DNA of 64,000 bases, from the NCBI GenBank assembly GCA_002269645.1, contig NIVC01001798.1:1-64000 (forward strand), read 5' to 3'. Positions 9,706 through 22,000 of this stretch are shown here, piece after piece. How positions within the stretch are numbered: the first letter of the stretch is position 1; the number at the start of each line of letters is the position of its first letter. A model generated the notes under the pieces. It was not told the origin of the DNA, made no database searches, and saw nothing but the letters and a program-made list of their open reading frames with translations. A program made the translations under genes and the position numbers. The DNA is from Macrostomum lignano. Taxonomy: Eukaryota.

Positions 9706-11055
9706 CACTACGCTGATTGACCAATTGTGAAGTCTCAATTGTGCTGAGCGATTGCTCAGACGCATCATGCACTCTACATGTTAGCTCTTACTCACCATTA
9801 TGGTAGCTAACTATTAGAATTACGTACTGTAATTATAATTTCCCTTGCCTTTCCTTTCTTTAACCTACACTATGCAACTGTGTGCTCCAAGCAGTGCTAG
9901 AATGTCTAATAGTGTGCGTGTGCATCGGATTTCCTTTCCCTGTATCCCATCTGCCTATGCAATGCTGAGACCGACTTCACCTGGGCGAGTGTACATTCGA
10001 TATTTGTAGACTAGGGTATAGAGACAGACCACTGAGTTCTAAAGTTAACTAGCTATCTGGATTGGAAAGCTAGAGCAACCTCGTGTATAAGTGAAATTTT
10101 TTAAACGTGGTGGAAGTGGAAGTAGTGGCATAGCCATATAGCCTCGGGGGATCATAGAGGTCATATGGGGGTCATGACGCGCCCCCAAATAGCTAACGAT
10201 GAAAATTTTTAATCTTAATTAATTCTTTAATCGGCGCTATGGGCGCTGATTTAGCGCCACTGACTAGATGTTTCTGCCTCTCAAAAAAATGTTTCGCTCC
10301 TAAAGAAGCTTTAAAGATTGAAATACAAGTAGCCGTGCCCGTGATCGATATCTTTCATTTTTTAGTCATTCAATGAACTTTTTACGAACTTCCCGCAAAC
10401 AAGCGGTAGATGTAGAGGACAATTGACAAGGCATTAATAGCGCGTGTCTATTGATAAGTTCCGCTGAACCTGCGGGGTAAGTCCATGTCCTGTCCCGCCT
10501 GTTATTCTTCCTTTGGCGAGGCGAAGCGTTTAACAACTGTCAATGGGGTTGTTTGTTAACTTGTTTCCTTTTTCTAATTCTAGTCTAGATTTCGTTAAGT
10601 CTAGAACTCCGTGACTCACCGCCCCGCCCCAAACCCCCCTTTACCACCCACCACCCCAAGCACCCACCACCCCAAGTACCCACCACCCTGAACACCCACC
10701 ACCCCATACCCTCGTGCCGCACATGACCAACTCTCCCCTCTCCTCGCTTGCGCGTAGAAAATAGCTTGCTCCTGCAGATGCTCTAGCTTCTATGTAGCAT
10801 AGAACGAGAACCCAGCCAGCGCCCACTCCCTTCCCGATTGCCCTCTAGCTGTATATATTAACTGTACATTGTACAATTAATTCCTGCAAACTCACTTTTT
10901 AGTTAAGCAAGAATAAATATTCTCCCACGCTGGGCTTTTACAGTCCTTAACTGTTTAACTGTGCTCCAGCCCTAAACAAAAAGCGACAAGCTAAGATAAG
11001 ATAAGAGATAATTAGAGCCACTTGCAACTCCCGTAACACAAATTAGCTTCCCCAA

Positions 11056-14000
11056 ATGGACTCTACTCAGTCTACTGCAGTCACAACGTCCAATAGCACT
11101 AGCAGCCTAGTGTACATCAGTCGTCGAATTCTAGACGACATCAAGCACAGTCGCAATTCCGACATTAAACGACACGCTATCTATCCGGAGGAGCGAGCTC
11201 TAACCCTGCCAATTGAAGAGGCGATTATCTACGCTATCCAGATGATTAATAGCGATGCTGTTCATCGATTGATTGAGCTGTGTGGTCGGACTAGGATTAA
11301 CTTCCGTTATACTGGTGAGTGACGCTTGCCGGAAAATTCCGGATAATCAAAAGATAGGCAAAAAATAGAATGTCGCCATGACGCAAAACGAAAACAGATA
11401 AATTGATGTCAGTGGCCAGCGGTGGCGCCTGACCAAAACAGGTGTCAGCGTGGTGTTAAAAATGGGCATCAATGTACGTGGCGTTAAACTGCAAACGTGC
11501 GTTGAAGGCACCAGCCACGAGGACTCGAAACCATTCCCTTCCTTATCCATTCTCCCAGACTCCCGAGGTCGACGCTTCATCCACCACGCCGCCGAGTCGG
11601 GCAGCGCAACCCTCATCAGAGTGTTCCTGACCAGCGGCCCGCTGAACGTGCAGGACGCCGACGGCTGGACGCCGCTGCTCCGAGCAGCTGATCGAGGCCA
11701 CACTCAAGTAATCGAAATTCTCAGCCAAGAGTCCTCGGTGAACATGCCGAAGACTCCGCGACCGGAGATCATGTCCGCGCTACACCTGGCAGTCCGGGGG
11801 CGCCATTGCGACTGCGTTGACGCGCTGCTGGCGCGGGGCGCCTGTCCCGACATGCTGGCTGGCGGAGGCGAGACGCCGCTGCACCTGGCCGTGGAGTCCG
11901 GCTGCCTGCACTGCGCCCTGGCGGTTCTGGAGCGCGGAGCCGACCCCCGCTGCGTGGACGTCTACGGGCAGACGCCGCTGCACCTGGCCGCTAAGAGGGA
12001 CAACGTGACCATGGCCGATTGTCTGCTGAATGCCGGAGCCGAGCCCTGCGCCAGGGACACCAACGGAAAGTCGCCGCTGCATCAGGTGAGCGTGTTCTAC
12101 AAATTGGCGCAAGTCTTCTTCTAGATTTAGAGGCCTCCATCCTTGAAATAGCCTCCGTTAGTGACAGAATGTCAGGTAAATCGCTGACAGAATCGCTAAC
12201 CAGTGTTCAAAACCTTGACTTACCAGTGACCGAAAATCTCTCGTCAGTGGCAAAAGACGTCTAGCTTCTAAGCCAGTGCCAGAACCCCAGAACCTCGTAC
12301 CAGTGCCAGCATTTTATCTAAAAGTGCTAGAACCTCGTATTATACATGTACATTTACCTTGGCCGGAACCTCAGTCACTGAACAAGCCCTCATCAATCTC
12401 ATTCATTTCCCCAATCCGCAGGCCATCTTAAACGATCGCTGGGTCATGGCTGACTACCTGCTCGCACAACCTGGCGTCGATGTCAACTCCGCCGATCATC
12501 AGGGCGTCAGACCGCTGCATCTGGTCATCATTCGTTGCGCCGGCAGCTCCGGGATGCTCTTGGCCAACGCTGGTCAGGCAGCGTCGGCATCAGCTGCAAC
12601 CTCGACAGCTGCAGCTCCGACGATCGAAGCTGCTCGCATTGAACTGCTTGAGAAGCTGCTGGCTCAGGGCGCTGATGTGAGTTCAAGGGTGATCGATAAT
12701 GGAAAGTGTTAGATCGGCGTTGAAGACATTCGCAGCTGATTTTATTCGACTACAAAACCGCCCAATATGACGCCAAAACGCAAAACTACTCAATATACGA
12801 CTACCACTGAAAAACACATTTAGCTACATGAACGCTCGTACACAGAAAACAGTAACGCAATACCTTTCTCAAACGACGTGGTTTCTAGGGCAAAGGGTGA
12901 CTCATGGTCTCTGAATCACTTCCTCCCTTCCCCTCTGTCTGCATGAGACTACTTAAGCTTAATATTTCGTGTACTCCAAAAGGGCGTCGCCGCTCAAGCA
13001 CAGCCCAATCCTCTAGTGCTTGCTACCTTCAGATTCAGGAGTGAGCGAGTGGGCAACCAACTGCCCGTCAACTTAACTGAATCATTGATTTGACGCTCTG
13101 CGAATCCAGAAATCAATATCGCTGATTGGAATTTCTTAGCCATAATATAGTCTGCACGGGGGACAGGGGGTAGAGTGTGTGTCTGAATTTCGCGTTAAAG
13201 TATCGGGGTTCGATTCCACATTAATTTGGGAATTGTGCACTCAAATTAACCAGCTGGCTTGTCGTGAGATTCACGACCCCTAAGGCACAATCGAGAGTTT
13301 ACATGCCTGACGATCAGAAATTCAAGGCCTCTGGAGCCTGTACAACCCTGTGTATGTTCCAGGCTCGATTCCTATAGTGCAGTCACGTTAAGTTGGGTCT
13401 AACTTGGAATCTCGGCTTGGCTCTGCTCGTGCCATTAACGCCCTAAGGAACAGTAAAGTCTACATGCCTAACGATATATCACGTTGGGCCGCTATAAACT
13501 CCTGTGTGTGGCTGTGCTTATGATTGCGTACGTATCCTTGCGCTTATGTGCCTACTCAGGGGAGTCGGCGGAAGTGGCAGTAATGCCTCTCGCCGGTTGT
13601 GTGACAATTTCGCATAAAGTATACCAGAGTGCACATAGCCCCTGCTTCTAATAGAAAAATTACATTCTGTGGGATTACATGCTCAACTGGTGCATGACTG
13701 TTAGTTCGCTCTTCGATTTGAAAGCAGGCGTCTTCTGCACCTGTACCTCTTCTGTCAACCTAATCAGGTAAACGCGCTGACAGACGAGGCTGGCGAGTCG
13801 CCGCTCTCCTTGGCGGTGACCTCCGGTAGCGAGGCTCTGGTCCGCCTTCTACTAGCCAACGGTGCCAGCGTCTTATCCGCTGACAAGAACGGCGCGAGCC
13901 CGCTGCACCGAGCGAACCTCTTGACCACTTCGTCTAGGAACTCGATCCTGTCCGCGCTGATTGAGCACGGCTGCGATGTGAACTCCTGCGACAAATTTGG

Positions 14001-16096
14001 TTATTCACCAATTAGTAAATGCGTCTTCCAGCTCATGGTCGATCGGATAACGCAAGCCGACTGCTTCGAGGGACTGCGGCTCATGGTGCGGGCTGGGGCC
14101 ACGCTGGGTCCCCTGCGGCGGCCTCAAGAGCAGCAGCAGCAGATGCAGCAGGTACTTACTTTGCACCTTGCTTTGTACCAGCAATATTTGATTAGATACT
14201 AGTAGATTGTTTCGGAAGAGTGCTTGGGGTAGAGTAGCCAGCCAAATTGTCTCGGTAGAGTGTCTGAGTAGAGTAGCTGAGTAGAGTGTCTAAGTCTGAA
14301 GTAGAGTAGTCTGAGTAGAGTGTCTGAGTAGAGTAGCTGAGGAGAGTGTCTGAGTAGAGTAGAGCTGAGCTGAGTAGAGTGTCTGAGTAGTAGAGTAGCT
14401 GAGGAGAGTGTCTGAGTAGAGTAGCTGATTAGAGTGTGTGAGTAGAGTGTCTGAGTAGAGTAGCTGAGAAGAGTAGCTGAGGAGAGTGTCTGAGTAGAGT
14501 AGCTGAGAAGAGTAGCTGAGGAGAGTGTCTGAGTAGAGTAGCTGATTAGAGTGTCTGAGTAGAGTGTCTGAGTAGAGTAGCTGATTAGAGTAGCTGAGTA
14601 GAATGTCTGAGTAGAGTGTCTGAGTAGAGTAGCTGAGAAGAGTAACTGAGTAGTGTGTCTGAGCAGAGCAGCTCAGCAGAGCGGTGTGTCGCTGTTACCA
14701 GGCTGCTACTCAATCCGCCCCATCCCGCACATCGATCCCGCCCAGCAGCAGCCCGCTCGCCAGCTGAACTCGCCCATCGTGTTCCTGGCGTGGCGCGGCC
14801 ACTGGCCCGGCGTGATGTTCCTAATCCGGTGCGGCTGGCGCCTTCAAGACGACGCCAATCTGCTCCCGGTGCTCACCGCGTCCGCCGGCTCGCTGCTGCC
14901 GCCCGACCCCGTCAGGGAGCGGCTGGCCCGCTGGGTGGAGGCCGCGTGGCTGCGCCGGCCGGCTACTCTGGCGCACCTGTGCCGCGCCTCCGTTCGGGAA
15001 CACCTGGGCGGAGTGCTGGCGGAACAGGTGAGGATCTGGGACAGGGGTGGGGTGTGACTAGGATCCGAGGTATTAGGATATATAGGATTTGGGGATCTAG
15101 GATTTCGATCTTTGATGTCGACATCTCACAAAATTCCCTAACTAAAGATTCAGTATGAACTTAACCGGCCCAGATGCGACCCCAGTATTTATAATTTGGG
15201 ATTTGGGTTTTGGCATTTGGAATATGGGATTTGGAATATAGGATTTGGGATTTGGGATCTGAGATATGGGATTTGTATTGTAGGATATGTGATTTGGGAT
15301 ATGAGATTTTAGATTGGATTCGGAATATGGGATTTGCGATTTGGGATATAAGGGATTGGGAATCCAGGAACTCGAACCCACGAGCAAGAGTCATGTGTGT
15401 TACTATGGGTTCGTACTTTAGGCTTGCCAAATACGAGATGCTGAGGATTCCGTCTTGTCACAACAATAACCGTCTTGTCACAACAATAACCGTCTTGTCA
15501 CAGCCATCCTAATGAACGGACGAGCGTATGCTCGTTCAATCCACGGGGTCTAGCGCGGCGCTCTGATGCGCCATGCGGCGCAGGCTCGATTCCAAGTTCA
15601 GTCGCATTAATTTGGGGCTAAACTGAAATCTCGGCTTGGCTCTGCTCGTGCAATTAACGGCCTTGAGGGCCAACCCCAAGGCACAGTGAAGTGTACATGC
15701 CTAACGATAAATAAATTTAGGGCCGCTGTACACTCCTGTGTGAGTGTGTGCCTGCGCGTGTGACTGCGTACGTATCCTTGCGCTTGTGTGCCTGCTCAGG
15801 GGAGTCGGCGGAATGGGCAGTATAATGCCTCTTGCCGGTTGTGCGACAATGTCGCTTAAAGCGCGCGCCAGGGTGCACACAGCCGCCTGCCAGCTCTAAC
15901 TCAAAAACAAATCCCCTCAATCCTGCCGCAGAAAATCAAGCAACTGCACCTGCCAATCAGTCTGAAATCCTACCTTCTCTACGAGCCCGAGTGTCGGGCC
16001 TTTGAGGACACCTCGATGCAGGACTTTGACGAAGACTTCAGCGACTGTGACGCCGATCCAGAAGTCGAGGCTGAAGCCGGCACGTCCAACGCTTGA
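11056..16096 (+). CDS. Ankyrin repeat and SOCS box protein (ASB family), 6 exons, ~646 aa
   Basis: Exons 11056-11314, 11559-12085, 12422-12676, 13768-14151, 14677(or 14680)-15027, 15932-16096, all GT-AG and phase-consistent. Many G-x-TPLH ankyrin repeats. SOCS box PATLAHLCRASVREHLG..EQ / KIKQLHLPISLKSYLLYE is split by the last intron. Confidence 0.88.
13320..13659 (+). mobile_element. tRNA-derived SINE copy (ASB intron 3)
   Basis: B-box GCTCGATTCC near 13363; body GGGCCGCT..ACTCCTGTGTG..CGTACGTATCCTTGCGC..CAGGGGAGTCGGCGGAA and A-rich tail shared with the other copies. A related diverged head lies just upstream (~13190-13320). Confidence 0.8.
14215..14665. repeat. Purine-rich ~13-bp repeat (GAGTAGAGTAGCT / GAGTAGAGTGTCT) filling ASB intron 4
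   Basis: Directly visible tandem array. Confidence 0.9.
15085..15365. repeat. Degenerate 7-bp repeat (GGGATTT / GGATATG)
   Basis: Directly visible low-complexity array in ASB intron 5. Confidence 0.8.
15535..15910 (+). mobile_element. tRNA-derived SINE copy (ASB intron 5)
   Basis: GGTCTAGCGCGGCGCTCT head, GCTCGATTCC B-box, full shared body. Ends ~20 bp before the last ASB exon. Confidence 0.85.
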
Positions 16097-18410
16097 CTTT
16101 TGAGTCTCTCTGGCCCAGAGAAACCCTGGGAAGGGCGCGCAGCTTTCACAGTTTTTTGCTGTCATCAGCGAGACAAAGGAAGTTTTCTGATGTTTTGTAG
16201 CACCAAATATCTAACCTGTGCACTCAGAGATGCACTCAAAAGTTTGTCGAGAAAAAATTGAAAAGCATCGTTGAAGAGCGGGAACGTAACGTAAAACTAC
16301 CCTGATTCAGAGAAACTCGAATTTCTAGTCGATCATTATTAACTGCTCTGCAGGATTAAAACTTTAAACTCTTAAAACTCATCAACTGATAAAAAGGAAG
16401 TTAGACAAGAAGCAATACAATTACTACTTTTAGTGATACGTAACGCTCCATTTTGACATTTTATTTTTCCTGCGATCTCATGAGCAATCGTGTATACGAT
16501 GTTACGATTTTCGTATTTTTTAGCTGAAAAATGTTATTATCATCTGCATGGTACCACAGTCACAGTCGTGCCGAAAACTGCATGGTTCGATTCCTACTAG
16601 CGCAAACTAAAATAGCCACATGTAATTTGAGGCTTTTCCAAGTCCAAGAGGGCGGACCTGTTACTGATTATTTTGTTATAGTCTGTCAGTTATTAGTGTT
16701 GTAACCGTCTTTGATTAACGTATTGATGAAGCTAAAATATAACATGATGCATGACGAAAATTCTAAAAAGTTTTCTATCTTCTAGTTCAAAATTGTATTC
16801 ATAAATATCTGCTCTTTCACTAAATTAAATTCATTGTTAGCACATACGATTATTTTATTTGGCTGTTTCTCATTTATTAAACCCACTGTCTGTTGAGCAG
16901 ATAGCTAGTGCGAGTTCTTAGGCCACAAGTTAGTTGCTTGTTTCTATATGAACTGTTCTTTAAACAAAAATCAAAGTATAGCTACATAAATTATTTTATC
17001 GAGTGGAACCATTTTTCATGATTAATTTATCAAAAATTAACTGTATCGGATTTAGTATTTTAAATATTTTTGTTGTTTTCGTTCAAAATTCATTTAGCTA
17101 AAGTTATTCAAATTCAACTTTGAACTCAAAATAGAAATGTCCTACATTTTATAATTTGTTACTTGTTAGTAAAAAACTAAAAAATTTCCCAAAACTGATT
17201 GACGCGAAACTAGCTTATATTATTGATGAATCTAAATATGTTTATTAATAAACATACCGGTAAATAAGGATTTGGCATGATGCAGCTTTAGATATAGTGG
17301 TTATTCGTACTGTACCCTTTTAAATCCAGAAAATACAGAATTAAAAATGAAGTCAATTTTTTCATTTTGATGCTTCAAAAAAATTATATTTAGACAGCCG
17401 ACTTCAATAACTAAAAAAACGTTTGTTTTAAAGAAATCATTTTTAGAATAGGCACAATGACAACTAAAACCAGTGATTGGATAGCTAATAAACAGAGTAT
17501 ATTGTCTTTTTGGCAAAATATAGGCAAGGCAAATGAAATATAAAAAATAACTATAGAAAAAGTTAATAATACCAGCAGCTCAACTAATTTTTAAAATGAT
17601 TTTAAATATCAGACAGTACATCTGATTCTTGTGCATGCTAAATATAATATTATAGTAACTGTTACGGTTTTACAATGAATATTTTATTTGATTAAACAAA
17701 CAGGATAATAATCGTTACAAATTACTGAATTTAGCTACAATGATAAGTTATAGTTCTATGTATATAGTATAGAAAACTTTTTTCATTGGACACTCGTTAA
17801 TTTTGATAAAAAGGCAAATGAAATTATTTGAATAACAAAAAATTCACCATTGAAAAAGCGATCAACAAAGAATGGTCTTAGATTGATTCATTGAGCAAAC
17901 TGTTTTCGAATACAAATGATGAAGAAAAGACATGAACACGGCAAAACCAGCTAAATGTATGCTAAATATAATGGCAGTAGGAAAGGTGTACAAGCAGCGT
18001 ATTTTGTTGTACAATATAATGTCAAATAAAAACTATAATAAATACACTCGTAATGAAGTGAACATTTCTGAATAAAAATTAGTAATAAACACTATTAAGC
18101 ATTGAAACCTTACCCCACTCATGCTGCATGATCACGAAAAGTTCAGAGAGAAATGGAAATCTACAAGCAGTGTAAGAACTTGTTTAATTTTTTTTAAAAT
18201 AAAAATTATCAAAAGTTTCAGTAGCAAGGATATAAAAACATACACACTATAATATTTCAGTAAATGTACAGCGGATTATAACCAATAGTAAAATTCAAAA
18301 CAGTAAAACTAAAATATTAAGTATGAGAAAAGAACCTAAAATAACCATATTAAGTGTGAATAAACAAGTTTTTTTGGTTTTGAAATCGTTCAGTTGTCTG
18401 TGTCTTCATT

Positions 18411-19041
18411 CTAGTCTCTAAACGTAATCTCTTCGACGCACTTCTTAGCTCTTTCTCGACAGGCCTCGGGCAGGTAGTCGAATTCCGTAATCATTTTAAC
18501 ACCGTTCAATAGATCCTCGTCGCGTTTCCGTTTGAGCAACAGGTCGGCCAATCTAATTAGGTGCACGGACGCCTCCTCATCTGGCACTCCTTCACACATG
18601 GTGGCCATCATTCCTATAGCCGTGCCGACCGCTTCCATCATGCTAGGCCGATCCCAGGGCCTCGAACGCAGGCTAACATTGCCCATTAGAACGTATGCAC
18701 AGTCTAGCAGGCGGCGGAACATCACAGGCCGATTCCAGCCATCTTGGATTAACTCTTCTAGGCCGTCGATCACCTGCATGCGCGAGAGAAAGGACGGGAT
18801 GTGAGGGATGAGTTTAAGGGGAGGGGGCGGGCCATGTACATTTAGGGACGAGATTAAGCGTGTGTGTGTACATTTAGGGACGAGATTGAGTGAGTGAGTG
18901 AGTGAGCGAGTGAGTGAGTGAGTGAGTGAGTGAGTGAGTGAGTGAGTGAGTGAGTGAGTGAGTGAGTGAGTGAGTGAGTGAGTGAGTGAGTGAGTGAGTG
19001 AGTGAGTGAGTGAGTGAGTGACCGATTGAGTGTGTGTGTGT

Positions 19042-19091
<50 letters not shown>

Positions 19092-22000
19092 ATTGGGGGA
19101 CAGGATTGGGCCTGTGTGTACATTGGGGGACAGGATTGGGCCGGTGTGTACATTGAGTCAGGAACGAGATTGAGTGAGAGCAAATATGGAACAAAATTTA
19201 ATGTACATGCGCGCTCGTACGCTGCATAAGTGCAATACATTGAGAGCAAAATATATGAAACTAACAATGCACATTAAAGACGGCCTCTGCCTGTAAATTA
19301 GGCGCCTGTACATTACATCAAGCTTACCCTATTTGACGTAATATAAAAGCGCACTCACATCTTTAAAGTGTCTCTCTTCGTTTAGCCGATAAGCGAGCTT
19401 AGGGCACTGGACCAACTGCCGGAACAGCCTGTATTGCAGCTCCTCAATGCGATCGCTATACTCCACAGTGATAGGCTCCGAGAACAGTTTCATCATGAAC
19501 TCCGGAAAGTTAATCCGATTGCAAATCATTCGACAGACGTCCGTCTTTTCGCAGACCATGCACATTACCTCCATTGACAGGACGCGCATAGCGCCTGGGT
19601 ATTTGTTTGGTTCGCGTATCATCTCAACGGATATGTCGATAATGTTGGGCATTTGAATGTAGCGAATAACAGTGTCGCGACTGTCTGGCATGATTTTGAG
19701 GCCCATCGACCAGAGGCCCATCATTACGTAGAGCTCGTGGTGCGTCATTTTTTTCAGCGGCGTGCGTACAATTCTTGGTATCGAGCGATGTCGAATCTAA
19801 AGATTGTTCAGTGGTGGAATGAGATTTGAATTTGAATTTGTTCTTAATCTACAAGTGGGGAAGTGGATCCCGAAATCCAATTGAAATTGAATCTGGATCC
19901 TGGGGTCACAGAAATCTGATATTTTTGCATAAATATACTTCCAACCTTCTATTCCTACCATCTCCAACTATAAAGCGTACTTTATCACTGCTATTGATTG
20001 ACTGTCTCACCAGGCCCCCGCCGCTACAGCCCCACTCCATACATTCCTACCCCTTTAACTGCATTTTATCACTGCTGTTTATCATCGACTGTTCGCCTGA
20101 CCACCCCCCTCCCCACCCGCCGCCACAGCCCCAATACATACATTCCTACCCCTTTAACTGCATTTTATCACTGCTGTTTATTATTGACTGTCTCGCCTGC
20201 CCAACCCCCCTCCCCACCCGCCGCCACAGCTCCAATACATACATTCCTACCCCTTTAACTGCATTTTATCACTGCTGTTTATTATTGACTGTCTTGCCTG
20301 CCCAACCCTCATTCCCCACCCGCCGCCACAGCCTTAATCCATACATTCCTAACCCCTTTACCTGCATTTCATTACTGCTATCACTGCTGTTTATTGGCTG
20401 TCTCGCCATCCCAACCCCCCCACCCGCCGCCACAGCCCCGATCCATACATTCCTTCCTATCCCTTCTAACTGTATTTTATCACTGCTATCTAGTAAGGAC
20501 TGGATGAGCGACGGTTATTATAATTTCTATCCAATCAATTAGAAATTTCTTATCACCAACTGACCAGCATATCAAAGCCGCCCTTCTCTTTAAATTTGGT
20601 GTACAATTCTGTGCCGCGTTTATCCGCCACAGCTTCGCCTAGACAGTGGAAAGCACCGGCAAAGAACAATTGGGGGGCGTCGAACCATTCCTGGCCGTTA
20701 AATAGGTTTAGGAGTTGCTCGGCGTCAGCGATTCGCTCCGGTGTGGGACCGAATTCTGCGTTGCAATGGAGATGTTTTGCTTTTTTCGGTTAAAATGATG
20801 ACTACGGGGTAGTTGATTGATAAGATCTGGTGTTTGCTGGTCTGGGCAGTGTGTACATTGGGACATTGGGGGTAGGGTGTTTGCTGGTCTGGGCAGTGTG
20901 TACATTGGGACATTGGGGGTAGGGTGTTTGCTGGTCTGGGCAGTGTGTATATTGGGACATTGGGGGTAGGGTGTTTGCTGGTCTGGGCAGTGTGTACATT
21001 GGAACATTGGGGGTAGGGTGTTTGCTGGTCTGGGCAGTGTGTACATTGGGGCATTGGGGGTAGGGTGTTTGCTGGTCTGGGCAGTGTGTACATTGGGGCA
21101 TTGGGGGTAGGGTGTTTGCTGGTCTGGGCAGTGTGTACATTGGGACATTGGGGGTAGGGTGTTTGCTGGTCTGGGCAGTGTGTACATTGGGACATTGGGG
21201 GTAGGGTGTTTGCTGGTCTGGGCAGTGTGTACATTTGGGGTAGGGTGGGTGTTTGCTGGTCTGGGCAGTGTGTACATTGGGGGTAGGGTGGGTGTTTGCT
21301 GGTCTGGGTAGTGTGTACATTGGGGGTAGGGTGGGTGTTTGCTGGTCTGGGTAGTGTGTACATTGGGGGTAGGGTGGGTGTTTGCTGGTCTGGGCAGTGT
21401 GTACATTGGGGGTAGGGTGGGTGTTTGCTGGTCTGGGCAGTGTGTACATTGGGGGTAGGGTGGGTGTTTGTTGACCGGGGCTCTGACTCACCATCGGTCT
21501 TATTGAATTGGCTCTCGTATTGCTCTAAAAAGTGCCTACATGCGGCATCGAACAGCTGGCCGGGGTTATCGTGCAGCCTACGCATCTCTAGCGCAGTGGC
21601 CGCGGCTCGCGCCCAACGACGAGTCTCAGCAGCGCGACCGCTGTTGAGCACCTGGTTAACCTGTAAAAAGCAGGTAGGGTGAAGAAGGTTAAAAATAAAT
21701 TGACAGTGTAACAATTACGGTTAAGGCGTTAAGAATTGAAAGCAGATTTATCAGAAAAAGTATTAAAATAAGAAGTATTAAAGCTTTAAGGAAGTTTTAA
21801 ATACGACAATCAGGCCCTTGAAAAACTTTATTTTAGTTCTAGATCGGTGAAAAAGCAAACCCTGAAACTATGAAAGAATCAGGCCCTGAAACTATGGAAG
21901 AATCAGGCCCTGAAACTATGGAAGAATCAGGCCCTGAAACTATGGAAGAATCAGGCCCTGAAACTATGGAAGAATCAGGCCCTGAAACTATGGAAGAATC

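Noticed and set aside
10123-10344. hAT-like MITE starting TAGTGGCATAGCC
   Set aside because: The putative right end is poorly complementary and there is no TSD.
18854-19267. THTH/HSLT-repeat ORFs
   Set aside because: Microsatellite translations inside an intron.
20708-21494. Three-frame Pro/Thr/His-rich ORFs
   Set aside because: They derive from the 47/43-bp minisatellite. Only 21660-21492 and 20755-20565 behave as true exons.
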